Virus record (IMG/VR): IMGVR_UViG_3300023175_000022
Source: an uncultured virus (IMG/VR IMGVR_UViG_3300023175_000022)
Taxonomy: Duplodnaviria > Heunggongvirae > Uroviricota > Caudoviricetes
Reading direction: 5' to 3' (one strand)
DNA length: 64,000 nucleotides
Shown here: in pieces, positions 19,267 through 31,300 of the stretch
How the letters are laid out: every line of letters begins with the position of its first letter
Numbering within the stretch: position 1 is the first letter of the stretch
The notes under the pieces: model-generated
What the model was told of the DNA's origin: nothing
What the model saw: only the letters and a program-made list of their open reading frames with translations
The model's database searches: none
Made by a program: the position numbers and the translations under genes

Positions 19267-22200
19267 ATGCCCCTAAATACAAACTTACTCTCATCTCCGT
19301 ATTTTGATGATTTCGATAGATCAAAAGATTACTATCGTATATTATTCAAACCTGCAACTGCAGTTCAAGTACGAGAAGTAAATCAATTACAATCTATTTT
19401 GCAAGATCAAGTCGAGCAATTCGGTGATCATATTTTAAAATCAGGTACGATTCTCGAAGGTTGTGACTTTGAATTTAAAAATGCTTTTCCTTATGTCAAG
19501 ATTCTAGATACTACGCAATCAGGGGCTGCAGTAGATTTGGCTGACATCAATGGATTATTTGTAAAAGAAAACGTTACAAATAAAATCGCGCGTGTAGAAC
19601 ACGTAGAAAACGGTTTTGAAAATGATCCAAATGGTAATCTAAAAACACTGTATCTCGATTATAATGATGATGCAGATGTAACACAAGTTGTTGATGCATT
19701 TACGCAAGGCAATATTCTCAGAGTATTTGCAAAAGATAATAGACTATTCGATCTGACTGTATCTTCAGGTGGTACAGTACAAGCGTTTTCAAACAGTGAT
19801 GTTGTCGTTATTCTACCAGCAATTGAAGTAGAAACAGTCACCGATTCTGATAATAATTGGCCTGTACCATTTGTTCAAGGAGAATCTCTCGAAAATTCTT
19901 CTGGTACGATCGAAGTATTATTGACTAATGATTCTGATTTTTATTCAAATACAGAAAATTTGACTTCTATTCTAAGAATTAAGCCAAATCCGACTAAACA
20001 ATCAGGTAGCGGACTAGATGTAAAATCTTGGGAAGATTTAGCAGTCGGTACAATTTTAACATCTTCATCCAGTAATAATGAATTGAGAATTGTAAAATTC
20101 TTAGGTCAAGGAGCAACTGGTAAAGTTGTAACGACAAGCGCAGGTCAAGTATCAGATTTAGAATTGACTAGAGGTGGTTTTGGTTATAGTGTATTGCCTC
20201 ATGTCAGTGTATATTCTCTCGGTGCTACTCCTACACAAATTCAAAACCTTGTTATTTCACCACAAGATTTTTATCAAGAAGTTACAATTGCTGGCACAGC
20301 AGATTTTATTGATCCAGTTGGTTATGGTTATGGCGCTTCAGTATCATCAGGTAAAATTTATCAGAAAGGTTTATTTTTGAATGTTGGTCCACAATTTAAA
20401 ATGGTTACCAAATATTCTAATACTCCTTCAGATCTCTCTATAGGTTTTAATAGCGTTGAATCAGTTGTCAATGTATTTACTGATGCATCATTATATGATA
20501 ATGCCGGCGGTTTCCTCAACTCAGGCGCTCCGGGTGCAGATCGTTTAAAGCTTACTCCAACTCTCGTAGTTAAAAATCAAACAGAAGAATTAGCTTCTTC
20601 TGATTATTTTCCTCTTGTAAGATTCGCAGAAGGTCAACCATACTCACAAAATAAGCAAACACAATACAATAAAATCGGTGATATGATTGCTCAGAGAGCG
20701 TTTGAGGAATCTGGTAACTATGTTTTAGACGAATTTAATGGTACTACACAGTCTACTTTAGATTTTACAGATTCGGCAACGAATTTTAAATATGTTCTCG
20801 ATCCTGGACATGCATATATTCAGGGTTATAGAGTTAAGACAGAGACTAACTTCGCCAAATCTGTACCTAAATCAACAGAATTTGAGACAGTAACGGGTAC
20901 TGGAATTGATTTAGATTATGCAAACTATATTGTTGTCAATGAAGTAGGCGGCGGACATATTTTTACTGAAACACAACTAGTAAATTTAAAAGATACTGCA
21001 GCTAATTTTATTAGCGAAAATATCGGTGGAGACCCGGCATTATTAGGTGGTACTACTATTGGTACAGCTCGTATAAGAAATGTTATATATGAATCTGGTA
21101 TTCAGGGTACTGCTGATGCGAAATATCGTGTATATCTGTACGATATTAACATGAATACAGGCAAAAGATTTGATAGTGTAAGAGCATTATATAGCCCAAA
21201 TAATGGTGGTACAACAATTGATGGTATTGCTGATGTAGTTCTTGAGAATGGTAATGAATTTGTATTGCGCAGTATAAAAACAGTAGCGAGTGCTGATAAT
21301 TATAGAGCAGCGGTTTATACTAAAAATGCAGAAATTATAGGTGCTGCGCGCAATGCGATGATTTTTAACATTAATGCTCCTATCAAATCGTTTTCTACCT
21401 ATTCGTACATATATCGACAATCTACCACGTCAGTATCAGTCGCGACAAATGGTCAATTAAGTGTATCAGCAGATTCAGGAAATGTCATATTCCCATACAT
21501 TGCTTCTCTTAGTGATGTAGAAGAAAATGATCTGATCATTATACCAGAAAATGATATTGTAGTGTCATCAGCAGATTTTACTGGAATTTCAGTAACAAGT
21601 AAAGAATCTGTAAACCTCGGTTTTGGTGTCAATGCTTATGAAATAACAGTCGGCGCAAGTCCGGTTACTACATTTGCAGCTACTTATGAAGTGGGTGATT
21701 GGATCCGCGATGCTAGCAATAACGCAGCTCAAATTTTGAGCATTGGCGGTCAAAATAAAATGACCATTAGAACATATAATAGTGCTTTTGCTGTCGGTAC
21801 TCATTCGTTTACTCGATTTTTCCCGAAAGATGTACCTATACCTCTTGACAAAAGATCTAATATGTCAGCTAGCGTAGATAGCAATCAACTTAATTTGACC
21901 GTAGATCTTGGTTACAATGTAAATTCTGGTTCATCTGTTACAATTACATATGACCAAAAAGTTACAGACACTAAATCTAATCTAACGGTTAATCGCGGTT
22001 CACTCGTACGCGTGACATCTGCTGGTACTTGGCCAAAATGTTTAGGTTTCTCTGGTATTTTTAGATTAAGAGCCGTATACAATGGCACAACAAAATCGGC
22101 AACTAATATCACTGATGAATTTTATATTGATCATAATCAAAATTCCAATTATTATGGTTTGGGTTATTTGTATAAAGATGAAAAAGTAGAAAATCCCACT

Positions 22201-25200
22201 GCATTAGCAACAGAAATTTTGATTGAGTTCGATCATATATCAGAAGCTACACACGGCTTAAAAATCATTGATTCTTACAGTATAAATGATGTAACGCCAT
22301 TGGCTAATTTAACTAGTTCGATGCATACATTAGAAATACCAGAAATGAATGGTCAAAATGGCAAATATTATGATCTGAGAGAATGTGCTGATTTTAGAAT
22401 ATTTGCTTCTAATACTGCAAATTTAACTACGAGTGATACAGATCCAAATTTAACATGCAATCCATCAGAAACTGTTTCATTCCCTACAGGTGTTAATTTT
22501 AAATTTCCAAAACCTCAAAGTGATTTCACATTTGACTACGATGTTTATCAATCACGTAGAGATGAAATTGCTATCAAAGCAGATGGAGCTTTTGATATTA
22601 CTGTAGGCGCTTCAGAAACAAGAAAGAAAGATGACATACAAAAACTCGTCATTTATACTTGCGATGTTGCGCCCTATCCTTCTATTCCAGAAAATATTTC
22701 TTCACAATTAAAAGAAATCATTAATAAGAGAATTATTAATATTAGTGCTGGTAGTAATAGGATTGGTCGTTATAGTAATTTAATGACACGAGTCGATAAA
22801 CAGACGTCTGGTTATACTATGCAAGAAATTTCTGCCCTCGAAAGGAGAATTGCTGCATTAGAATATAATCAAAATATTTCGGCTTTAGAAAATTCTACTC
22901 GAAATAGAACAATTCAAAGTTCTGTAGATTCTACTCTCGAAAGATATAAATTCGGTTTCTTTGTTGATAATTTTGAAAATTATAATATGTCAAATATTAC
23001 TGATCCAAATTATCAAGCATCGATTTACGAATATTTGTTGCAACCTAATAAAAATGAATTGACATTAGAATTTGATGTTGCTAAGAGATCTAAAAAATAT
23101 GTAACTGGTAAATCGGTTAGATTCCCTTGGACCCGCAGAAAGCTAGTATCACAAGATTATGCTACATATGCAGCAGTGCCAGTTATTCCGGAAATTGTCA
23201 TAACTCAATTTTGCAATTTTGTAACGAATAATAATAACAAATATATTGGGTCAAATGCTACGGCTACATCAATTTATGATAGCGTTTGGGAAGAATTTAC
23301 ATTTGTAGGATATAGTAAACTACCTGAAGATGGATTAACGAGACAAATAAAAATTGATTTCTTCAATCCCGACGGTGGCATTGCATACGAAGTAATTCAG
23401 TCAAATACACCGCCTACTAATAATAGTCAAGAAACTGGTACCGTAGTATGGGCTCCTACGCAAGTTACTACAACTATACCATCTTCTGAAAAACAAGAAT
23501 TGTATAGAAGAGCCTATGCTGTTAAAAATGGCGAGAATAAAGTTTATAATAGAGTTAATCCATGGTTAGAAGATGGATTAGTTGGTTCATTTACAGTTGG
23601 TGGAACAGCATACAGCTCGCGAGCTGGAGCTGGCCAAATTAAATTTGATTATGATCATACAAAAGGAAAGTATATTACTGTTAGAGTTCATAAATCAAAA
23701 CCAGTATTTAATATGCAAGTGTGTTATTATGCTGAAACGCAAGCGGACGATATCTACGATCAAGGTTCTACTAGCCAAAATTATGAACCACCTTGCCCCC
23801 GCGGAGAATTTTTATATAGCAAGTGCGAAGGAACTACGAAGATTGCAATAGTTTGTGATGGTAATCGTGGAGAAATGGTGGGAACTAGAACACCAAACTC
23901 TCCTGATTGTGGCTTTACAACAGATACTGGTCCATCTGGCGGCGGACCTGACACAACTCCGCCAGATAATACCACTGTATGTCCTGCAGCTGGCACGGTT
24001 ACACGTCCGGATGGTCAATGTAGTGGAACTACAAAAAGAATTTGGGTATACACTGGTGAGAGCATAGAAAGCTTAGGCGGTTATGGTAATGCTTCTAGTC
24101 CAAGCAATCAATTTATAGGCGAATGTCAAGTAGAAATTAAATCTACCGAAGTTAATTCAACAGATTGCGGTTACGTTCCTACTACTGTTACTCCTGAAAT
24201 AGTCTTTAATAATTTACTAAGTAATTTTGTTACTCCTTATTGTCCTGGTGAAAATACTGATAATGGTGGACATACTGACTGCGGAGGCGGTGGTGATACT
24301 AATGTATGTGTAACAACTACTACACCTGAGCCTGAACCCGAAAAAGTATCAATCAGTATATTTGACACAACAGCAAGAGAAAATAGCACTGCATATTTGA
24401 AAGTTCGTCTTGATAGACCGATGGATCGCGACCTTAATATAAACTTTAAGACAACCGATGGAACTGCCACTGAAGCAAATCAAGATTATATTCCGAGAGC
24501 AGGCACATTAAAAATACCAAAAGGCAGTGTCGAAGAACAAATTTACGTACGCGCGCGACAAGATTTGGTTTCTGAAGGCGATGAGACTATGCATGTAGAT
24601 TTGCTTGATGTTGATTACGAGTATGCATCATTTGAAGTTTCGCGCGGCACATTAACAATTACTAATGTCACTGTGCCTGTTGTTTCAATTAGTGATTCGC
24701 GTGCTAATGAAAGATCGGGAAGTATGTCTTTTACTGTCACGTTATCTGAAGAATCTAATATAGCGTGTTCTGTTGATTATGCAACTGCAACTGCAACTAC
24801 ACGTAATCCAAGATGGTTTGATTCAGCTACTGCTGGTCAAGATTACACCGCGACTAGTGGCACATTGACTTTTGCAGCGGGCGAAACTGAGAAAATAATT
24901 ACAGTTCCTATTTTGACTGATACTGTAAATGAAAAAAATGAATTATTTAATGTAGTTTTATCAAATGCTGCAGATTGTCATATTGCTGGCGGCGGTGGTG
25001 GTACAGCCAGAGGTATTATTTTTAATACAGCATTTGTTGCTCCTCCTCCAATTATTACAATAAATGATGATGTTAGAGATATTAAAATTATTGATACTTG
25101 GACGACTATCCCATCATTCCCGGGAAATAAGGCTATCGTAATTGGCAATCCTCATACAGCTGGATCAGGTGGTTCTGCGAATGATTTTATTAGTCAAAAT

Positions 25201-25371
25201 ATTACTGTTGGTGCTGGTGTTGTAGCAGGCGAAGCATATACTGCAACAATACCAACGACTAATATACCAACACCCAATATTAATTTAAATAACAATATTG
25301 CAGCAGCTGGTGGATTTAATGTAAGTAGTTTAATAAACAAAGGTAACGGGCCTGCATTTAAAGCCCGATAG
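19267..25371 (+). CDS. Large virion structural protein (VrlC/DUF4815-like N-terminus) with Cys-rich modules and two Calx-beta domains
   Basis: PYFDDFD..KDYYRILFKP..AVQ.RE.NQLQSILQ.Q, APGADRLK, RA.EESGNY, YTM..I..LERRI..LEY, RYKFGFFVDNF. C-terminal DYTATSGTLTFAAGETEKII.VPI..D Calx-beta signature. Confidence 0.85.
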   Translation: MPLNTNLLSSPYFDDFDRSKDYYRILFKPATAVQVREVNQLQSILQDQVEQFGDHILKSGTILEGCDFEFKNAFPYVKILDTTQSGAAVDLADINGLFVKENVTNKIARVEHVENGFENDPNGNLKTLYLDYNDDADVTQVVDAFTQGNILRVFAKDNRLFDLTVSSGGTVQAFSNSDVVVILPAIEVETVTDSDNNWPVPFVQGESLENSSGTIEVLLTNDSDFYSNTENLTSILRIKPNPTKQSGSGLDVKSWEDLAVGTILTSSSSNNELRIVKFLGQGATGKVVTTSAGQVSDLELTRGGFGYSVLPHVSVYSLGATPTQIQNLVISPQDFYQEVTIAGTADFIDPVGYGYGASVSSGKIYQKGLFLNVGPQFKMVTKYSNTPSDLSIGFNSVESVVNVFTDASLYDNAGGFLNSGAPGADRLKLTPTLVVKNQTEELASSDYFPLVRFAEGQPYSQNKQTQYNKIGDMIAQRAFEESGNYVLDEFNGTTQSTLDFTDSATNFKYVLDPGHAYIQGYRVKTETNFAKSVPKSTEFETVTGTGIDLDYANYIVVNEVGGGHIFTETQLVNLKDTAANFISENIGGDPALLGGTTIGTARIRNVIYESGIQGTADAKYRVYLYDINMNTGKRFDSVRALYSPNNGGTTIDGIADVVLENGNEFVLRSIKTVASADNYRAAVYTKNAEIIGAARNAMIFNINAPIKSFSTYSYIYRQSTTSVSVATNGQLSVSADSGNVIFPYIASLSDVEENDLIIIPENDIVVSSADFTGISVTSKESVNLGFGVNAYEITVGASPVTTFAATYEVGDWIRDASNNAAQILSIGGQNKMTIRTYNSAFAVGTHSFTRFFPKDVPIPLDKRSNMSASVDSNQLNLTVDLGYNVNSGSSVTITYDQKVTDTKSNLTVNRGSLVRVTSAGTWPKCLGFSGIFRLRAVYNGTTKSATNITDEFYIDHNQNSNYYGLGYLYKDEKVENPTALATEILIEFDHISEATHGLKIIDSYSINDVTPLANLTSSMHTLEIPEMNGQNGKYYDLRECADFRIFASNTANLTTSDTDPNLTCNPSETVSFPTGVNFKFPKPQSDFTFDYDVYQSRRDEIAIKADGAFDITVGASETRKKDDIQKLVIYTCDVAPYPSIPENISSQLKEIINKRIINISAGSNRIGRYSNLMTRVDKQTSGYTMQEISALERRIAALEYNQNISALENSTRNRTIQSSVDSTLERYKFGFFVDNFENYNMSNITDPNYQASIYEYLLQPNKNELTLEFDVAKRSKKYVTGKSVRFPWTRRKLVSQDYATYAAVPVIPEIVITQFCNFVTNNNNKYIGSNATATSIYDSVWEEFTFVGYSKLPEDGLTRQIKIDFFNPDGGIAYEVIQSNTPPTNNSQETGTVVWAPTQVTTTIPSSEKQELYRRAYAVKNGENKVYNRVNPWLEDGLVGSFTVGGTAYSSRAGAGQIKFDYDHTKGKYITVRVHKSKPVFNMQVCYYAETQADDIYDQGSTSQNYEPPCPRGEFLYSKCEGTTKIAIVCDGNRGEMVGTRTPNSPDCGFTTDTGPSGGGPDTTPPDNTTVCPAAGTVTRPDGQCSGTTKRIWVYTGESIESLGGYGNASSPSNQFIGECQVEIKSTEVNSTDCGYVPTTVTPEIVFNNLLSNFVTPYCPGENTDNGGHTDCGGGGDTNVCVTTTTPEPEPEKVSISIFDTTARENSTAYLKVRLDRPMDRDLNINFKTTDGTATEANQDYIPRAGTLKIPKGSVEEQIYVRARQDLVSEGDETMHVDLLDVDYEYASFEVSRGTLTITNVTVPVVSISDSRANERSGSMSFTVTLSEESNIACSVDYATATATTRNPRWFDSATAGQDYTATSGTLTFAAGETEKIITVPILTDTVNEKNELFNVVLSNAADCHIAGGGGGTARGIIFNTAFVAPPPIITINDDVRDIKIIDTWTTIPSFPGNKAIVIGNPHTAGSGGSANDFISQNITVGAGVVAGEAYTATIPTTNIPTPNINLNNNIAAAGGFNVSSLINKGNGPAFKAR

Positions 25372-25380
25372 GATTTAACA

Positions 25381-28170
25381 ATGGCTAGAAAAAATAATAT
25401 TATACCTTTTGATAAACTCAGAGGTCCAGGCGAAAATATATTTGGAATTCCTAATGTATTAAGGGGATTTCAAAAACCATTGCCTAAAACATTAGAAATG
25501 ACAAGTTTAAAACCTAATACTCGATATAAAGTTGTCATTGATAATCAACCTGGTAATGATTTCGAAGATATCACAGATTTTTGTGATCCTGTCGGAGATT
25601 CAATCGAATATAATACACATAAAGCGTCGAATCGAGGTCGTTGGACATATTTTAAATCTGATCCGTCGGGTAAATTAACTCTTAGAGTAAGAAATATAGG
25701 AAATGATGAAGCAAATATTACAGACTCGAATGGAATCGATTGGACTGATACGTGGAAATATTGGAATGTTAGAACTCAAGCTAATGATAGAGCTCGTGAT
25801 AAAGTCAAACTTATCGCATACAATAAGTTTCTAGCTCCAGATACTGATGTAAAAATTAAAACTTTAAAGGAAGATATTTCATCATCAACAACTCTTACAT
25901 CTGGAGGTAAAAGGCCGAGTCTTCCGCCTGAATTAGCTTTAGATAGAGGAGAAGTTATTGGCTGTATTTTTCCAGTTCCAGGAATTATTAGACCTCCAAC
26001 TGGCAGATATACATGCGACATGTATCAAACTTTTTGGGTTTCAGCTGAAAAATTTGATAATAGTGAAACAATAGATATCACTGATATATCTTTATATTTT
26101 AGAAAAAAATCAGAAGCTTTAAATAATAAGTCTGGGCGAGCTCGCCCGGGCGTTAATATTTTTATTGCTAAATGCGAAAAAGATGGGACACCAATTGTAG
26201 AAGAAGCCATTACTTCTTCATTTACACACATTTCATGGGCAAGTATTAATCCAAGTCCCAATGCTTCTGCTGAAACACGTGCTACCTTTACTACACCAAT
26301 TACTGTTGAAACAAATAATTATTATGCTATTGGTATTGCAGTAGAAGATAAAGATACTATATTATGGGATAATTTGAAAGGTGATTATCTCATGATTGAT
26401 AGTAATAAAACAGAATTAATTTCTCAAGGTAGTTCAAAAGGTCATCGTGGATCTGTTTACCGTTTTAATAGTAGTCAAGCCAAAAGATTAGCTTATCCAG
26501 GAAAAACTGGATGGACAGAAGTATCTGATATTGATATTAAATTTGATGTGCACATTGCAGAATACGACGTTAATAGTGTAGATATTTCTCTTGTGAATAA
26601 GCCATATGAATTTTTAACTATTTCAAACACATCAGCTGGATGGGCAGCAGGAGAATTAGTATTTAAAGATACTACTAATCTTACTGGCAATGTTACAATA
26701 GCAGCCGGCGCCACAAAAATTGTGGGTAGTGGTACTGACTTTACTACATTGCGGCACGGTCAAAAAGTTGTAGTTACACATCAAACTGATTTGACTGATA
26801 TGCAAGTTTTTACAATCGATCGTTCTATTGGTTCTAATACATCTCAAACCGTTCTTTATGTCAACGAAAAATCTAGATCGCCAATTTCAGGTGGCAGCAT
26901 TAAATTAACTGTTGTTGGAGAGCTCGAATACTATGATTATTATAATCGTCGAGTACGACTAAGAGAATCATCAGTCACGCAAGATGAGTACGCTTTAGAT
27001 AATACAATGATCTTCGCTGTAGGTGATACTATTACCGGTATAGAAACTGGTACTCAAGGTTATGTCAATTCTGTTGATGAGTTGCCAGTATCAGTATTTA
27101 AAACCGATTGGAAAGCAGAAATTCAGCCTCAATTCAAACCTCTTACATCTTATAATGTATCATATGAGAATGTACCAGGAGATTATTATTTAGGAACAAC
27201 TAATAATGTATTTTATTTGAATTATCCGAACTTTGTTCGCGAATACGAAGGTACTATTCTATCTGCATCTGTTGAAGCACAACAGACTGATACGTATATG
27301 GCTAATAATGAATATCGATCTGCGCAGATTAATATAACTTATCAATATTTAGGTGATAATGGACGTTCATATAAATCGCCAACACTCGATCTAGAAAATT
27401 TAAATATGATTTGCCATCGTTGGAGTATCAATAACAGTAATACTAACGAGCATTTAAATTTTGGTAGTGCAAATACGAGACACATTACAAAAGTATTAAA
27501 AATGGGTCAAGGTAATTCTGCTGAAGATATACGGGTAATACTCAATGCGTATAGACCCGAAGGTACTAATATTGATGTATACGCAAAAATTATTAATGAA
27601 AAAGATCCAGAAGCATTTGACGATAAACAATGGACTAAACTCGATTATGTGTCTCAAGAAAATGATTCAGTGTTTAGTAGTAAAGAAAGTTTGTATGATT
27701 ATCGTGAGTATGAATATACTTTTTCAAACTTTACTGAAGCTGCGTCTACATTACAAGGTACATTCGTTACTCAATTCCAAAATACAGTTATTAGCGGTGT
27801 AAATTTTGATTCAACTGAAATTTCTAATTTAAATTCAGGTGATACTATTAAACTTTATAGTCCACTTTTTGATTCTAATTATCAATTATATACTGTCGAT
27901 TCAGCTAATAATACTACAGGAACAATTACTTTAAATACACCTATTGCTAATGTAAATATCGAAGGAACTGGTTTTAAAGTAGATACAATGATCGCTGATC
28001 AAGCTGCATTTAAGAATCCAGATAATTATGGTATTATTCGATATTTTAATTCTGCCGGTACTGTTTTTGATACTTACAATGCGGTTGCAATAAAATTAGT
28101 ATTCCGTGCTGAGTCACGGCGATATGTACCAAAAGTTGACGATCTCAGAGTAATCGGTGTTACAGCATAA
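25381..28170 (+). CDS. Virion structural protein resembling the C-terminal half of DUF4815-like proteins
   Basis: LKPNTRY, YQTF...ITDISLYF.KK, T.ATF..P.....NNYYAI, DIKF.V, HITKV....SAEDIRV.L.AYRP, EYEY, VPKVDDLRVI. Confidence 0.75.
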   Translation: MARKNNIIPFDKLRGPGENIFGIPNVLRGFQKPLPKTLEMTSLKPNTRYKVVIDNQPGNDFEDITDFCDPVGDSIEYNTHKASNRGRWTYFKSDPSGKLTLRVRNIGNDEANITDSNGIDWTDTWKYWNVRTQANDRARDKVKLIAYNKFLAPDTDVKIKTLKEDISSSTTLTSGGKRPSLPPELALDRGEVIGCIFPVPGIIRPPTGRYTCDMYQTFWVSAEKFDNSETIDITDISLYFRKKSEALNNKSGRARPGVNIFIAKCEKDGTPIVEEAITSSFTHISWASINPSPNASAETRATFTTPITVETNNYYAIGIAVEDKDTILWDNLKGDYLMIDSNKTELISQGSSKGHRGSVYRFNSSQAKRLAYPGKTGWTEVSDIDIKFDVHIAEYDVNSVDISLVNKPYEFLTISNTSAGWAAGELVFKDTTNLTGNVTIAAGATKIVGSGTDFTTLRHGQKVVVTHQTDLTDMQVFTIDRSIGSNTSQTVLYVNEKSRSPISGGSIKLTVVGELEYYDYYNRRVRLRESSVTQDEYALDNTMIFAVGDTITGIETGTQGYVNSVDELPVSVFKTDWKAEIQPQFKPLTSYNVSYENVPGDYYLGTTNNVFYLNYPNFVREYEGTILSASVEAQQTDTYMANNEYRSAQINITYQYLGDNGRSYKSPTLDLENLNMICHRWSINNSNTNEHLNFGSANTRHITKVLKMGQGNSAEDIRVILNAYRPEGTNIDVYAKIINEKDPEAFDDKQWTKLDYVSQENDSVFSSKESLYDYREYEYTFSNFTEAASTLQGTFVTQFQNTVISGVNFDSTEISNLNSGDTIKLYSPLFDSNYQLYTVDSANNTTGTITLNTPIANVNIEGTGFKVDTMIADQAAFKNPDNYGIIRYFNSAGTVFDTYNAVAIKLVFRAESRRYVPKVDDLRVIGVTA

Positions 28171-28361
28171 TGAAAGAAAATCTAAAATATGAGCGTGTAG
28201 GTGAAGGAGCCTTTATAAATACAAGTACTGAAGATTTAAAATCATATCAGATGGCACGAGAGCGAGCAACGAGAGAAAAACAATTACAAGAGAGAGTTGA
28301 TTCCTTAGAAGCCGAAGTGAGGCAAATCAAACAAATTCTTTTAAAACATATAGTAGGATAA
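28170..28361 (+). CDS. Small coiled-coil protein commonly found after the large virion protein
   Basis: 63 aa with a GA.IN motif and LEAEVRQIKQIL coiled coil; translationally coupled. Confidence 0.75.
   Translation: MKENLKYERVGEGAFINTSTEDLKSYQMARERATREKQLQERVDSLEAEVRQIKQILLKHIVG
28214..28221 (+). promoter_or_regulatory. T4-type late promoter box
   Basis: TATAAATA about 145 nt upstream of the fibre gene at 28365. Confidence 0.6.
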
Positions 28362-28364
28362 AAA

Positions 28365-31300
28365 ATGGCATTATTGTCCGGATTTGATCAGCTCGACGTA
28401 TCTAATAATACGTTTGCAGACTGGTTACTTAAAACAAATAACATTATCGATTTAATCCGAGGCGATACGGTTTCTGGTGCTACATCGGTTATGACAGCCA
28501 ATTCGTTACCAGGCGGTTCAATGACATTTGGTAATGCAACTCTCTTTGGCCAATTTACTGCTAACACTATGATGGTCCTCAATCAAGGCGGAAATGATGG
28601 TACCGATGATAGTGTATTTGCGAATGGTGATTTTGGTGGTTTAAGAGGTGGTAATTGGGATCCGTCTACTAATACTTTATCAGCTGACACTCTCTACGTT
28701 GTTTCTAATACTACATTTACAGATGAATCAGTAGAAGTATATGTTGATTCAACATACGGACTGATCGTTGAACGTTTTATTGAAGCACGACATGATGTCC
28801 GATTTGTTGGTTCAGGTTCAAACACTAATCCTAATTTAAATTGGGATGATGCTAATACAGTACTTAGCTTTAATAATGATATTCGTGCAACGTTCGGTGG
28901 TTCCTCTAATGCAGAGCCATGGGGTGGAACTAGTCAAATGGAAATGTTCTACTCAAGTGGTAGAATGTATTCGAACACTGACGTTCAAGACGTTCGTTCA
29001 ACTGCTAATCTAAATCTTATTACAGATCGCTTTGAGCTAAGATCAGAGACTGGCGGCGAGGAAATGATTACCGCCAATCTAAATGGCGAAGTAGTTTTAT
29101 TCTGGAATGATATTGCTAAGATGACCACTAATACCTATGGTATTACTGTACATGGTGATGCTATCCTCGAAGATGATCTCGTAATCTTCGACGGCAATAA
29201 AATCTTGATGGGTGGTAATACTACTTACGATGGTACAGAAGATCTAACCACTTATAAGTTCCAGATGTTTACTGATGGCAGCGATTCATACATCGTTGCA
29301 GATGATCGCGACCTTTATATAGAAGTTAACGAAGGCTTCGAGCTAACCAATATTGGTCGCGGCACTCATTATATGACAGCTAATGCATATGGTCAAGATG
29401 AAGTTATCTTATATGCAAATGGAACTAAGAGACTAGAAGTTGTAGATGGCAGTCAAGGCAATAACTCGGTAGATGGTGTTGAAATCTTCGGTGAAGCGAA
29501 CACCACCACACTACGCGTTCGATCTGATGCTAACTTTGATAATGATACACTTAATTCTAATAGTGTACATTGGGATGCTAGTCTCGAGGTTTGGAATTAT
29601 AGAGATAATGTCAAAGCTACATGGGGTGATAGTGATGACCTTGAGGTCTATTATACTGGAACTCGAGGAAATGTAAACACCGATATTCTCGATGTTCGAG
29701 GTTCGACTAATACAAACATCTTTACAGATGATTTTGAAATGCGGTCAGACACTGGTAATGAATTGTTAATGACAGCAAATGTCAATAATGGTGTCGAGCT
29801 ATATCATAACAATATTAAGAAAGTATCGTCTAACACACACGGTGTTGAAGTATACGGTCAAGTCATTGCTGATAACGGATTTGTCACCTATAATGGCCAA
29901 CCTATCGAAATGGGTGGAGCAAACTATGCAGCAGCCCACAACTTCACCATCGTCACTGATGGTACAGATACAACCATAACAGAAACCTCTAACGATTTGT
30001 CAGTTCGCGTTGAGGATAACTTCCGCGTCACTGACGATAGTGGTACTACTAGCCTTATCGTTGCTAACACAGCTGGTGAAGTTACACTTTACTGGAATAA
30101 TGTCCAAAAACTTCAAACTAATACTGCCGGCATTGAAGTATATGGTGAATCAAATACTGTCACTCTACGTGTTCTGACTGATGCCAACTTCGATGGATCT
30201 ACCGGTCTTGATTCTAATAACATCTCGTGGGATGCATCAGCTAATACATTATACGTCAGAGATGACACACCAGTCGTTTGGGGCGACGATAATGATTTAA
30301 CTATCAAGCATGATGGCACTAATAGTTATATTAGGGAAGCTGGCGTTAGTAGTAACCTCTATATCGAAGCTACTGATTTAATAATACGTGGAACTGCGGG
30401 TTCTCGCTATTTTGAAGGTGACGATGGTGTTGCTACTCGTTTGTATTCTCCTCAATCTGACACATTAGAAGTTACGATTGACAATGTTGGTGTATTAATT
30501 GCTAATGAAGCAAATACTGATACACTCACAGTTCGAAGCACTTCTCGGTTCCAAGACGATATTGGCATTGAAGGTTCAACTAGCGCTAATACTATTACTT
30601 GGGATAAATCAGCAAATACACTGAACTTCGATGATAATAACTATCTCACTATGGGTACTGGTGGTGATTTCATTATGTACCACGAAGGTGCTAACACATA
30701 TATTAAAGAATTAAATGCTAGCGGTGATTTAGTGCTTCAAGCAAATAATATGCAGCTTGAAGATACAAGCGGACAAGCATATTTCTGTGGTACTGCTGGC
30801 CAAGGTGCATCGATGCACTTCAATGGTGACCAAAAATTAATTACTCGTAATGACGGTGTAGAAGCAAACGGATTATTTGATACAGATACCTTGCTTGTTA
30901 CATCATACGCTAACTTCGAAGCTGATGTATATTTCGATGGTACTGCCGCTGATCAACTCCATTGGGATGCATCAGCCGACGTGTTGCAATTCAATGATGG
31001 AGTTCAAGCGACATTTGGTGATGACGATGATTTGCGAATATATCATAATGGTACTAATAGTTTTATCGACGACGCCGGCACCGGTAATCTTCTTATTAGA
31101 TCAAGTCATATAAAACTTCAAAAATATACTGGCGAAAATATGATAACTGGCGTTGCCGATGGTGTTGTCACTCTTTATCATGATAATATTGCCAAGCTCG
31201 CTACAACAGCAACTGGTATCAATGTAATCGGAAATGTTGTAGGTGATGGATTACAGATCGATGGAAATGTTGATCTTGGATCTCTCAGTACACATAGTGT

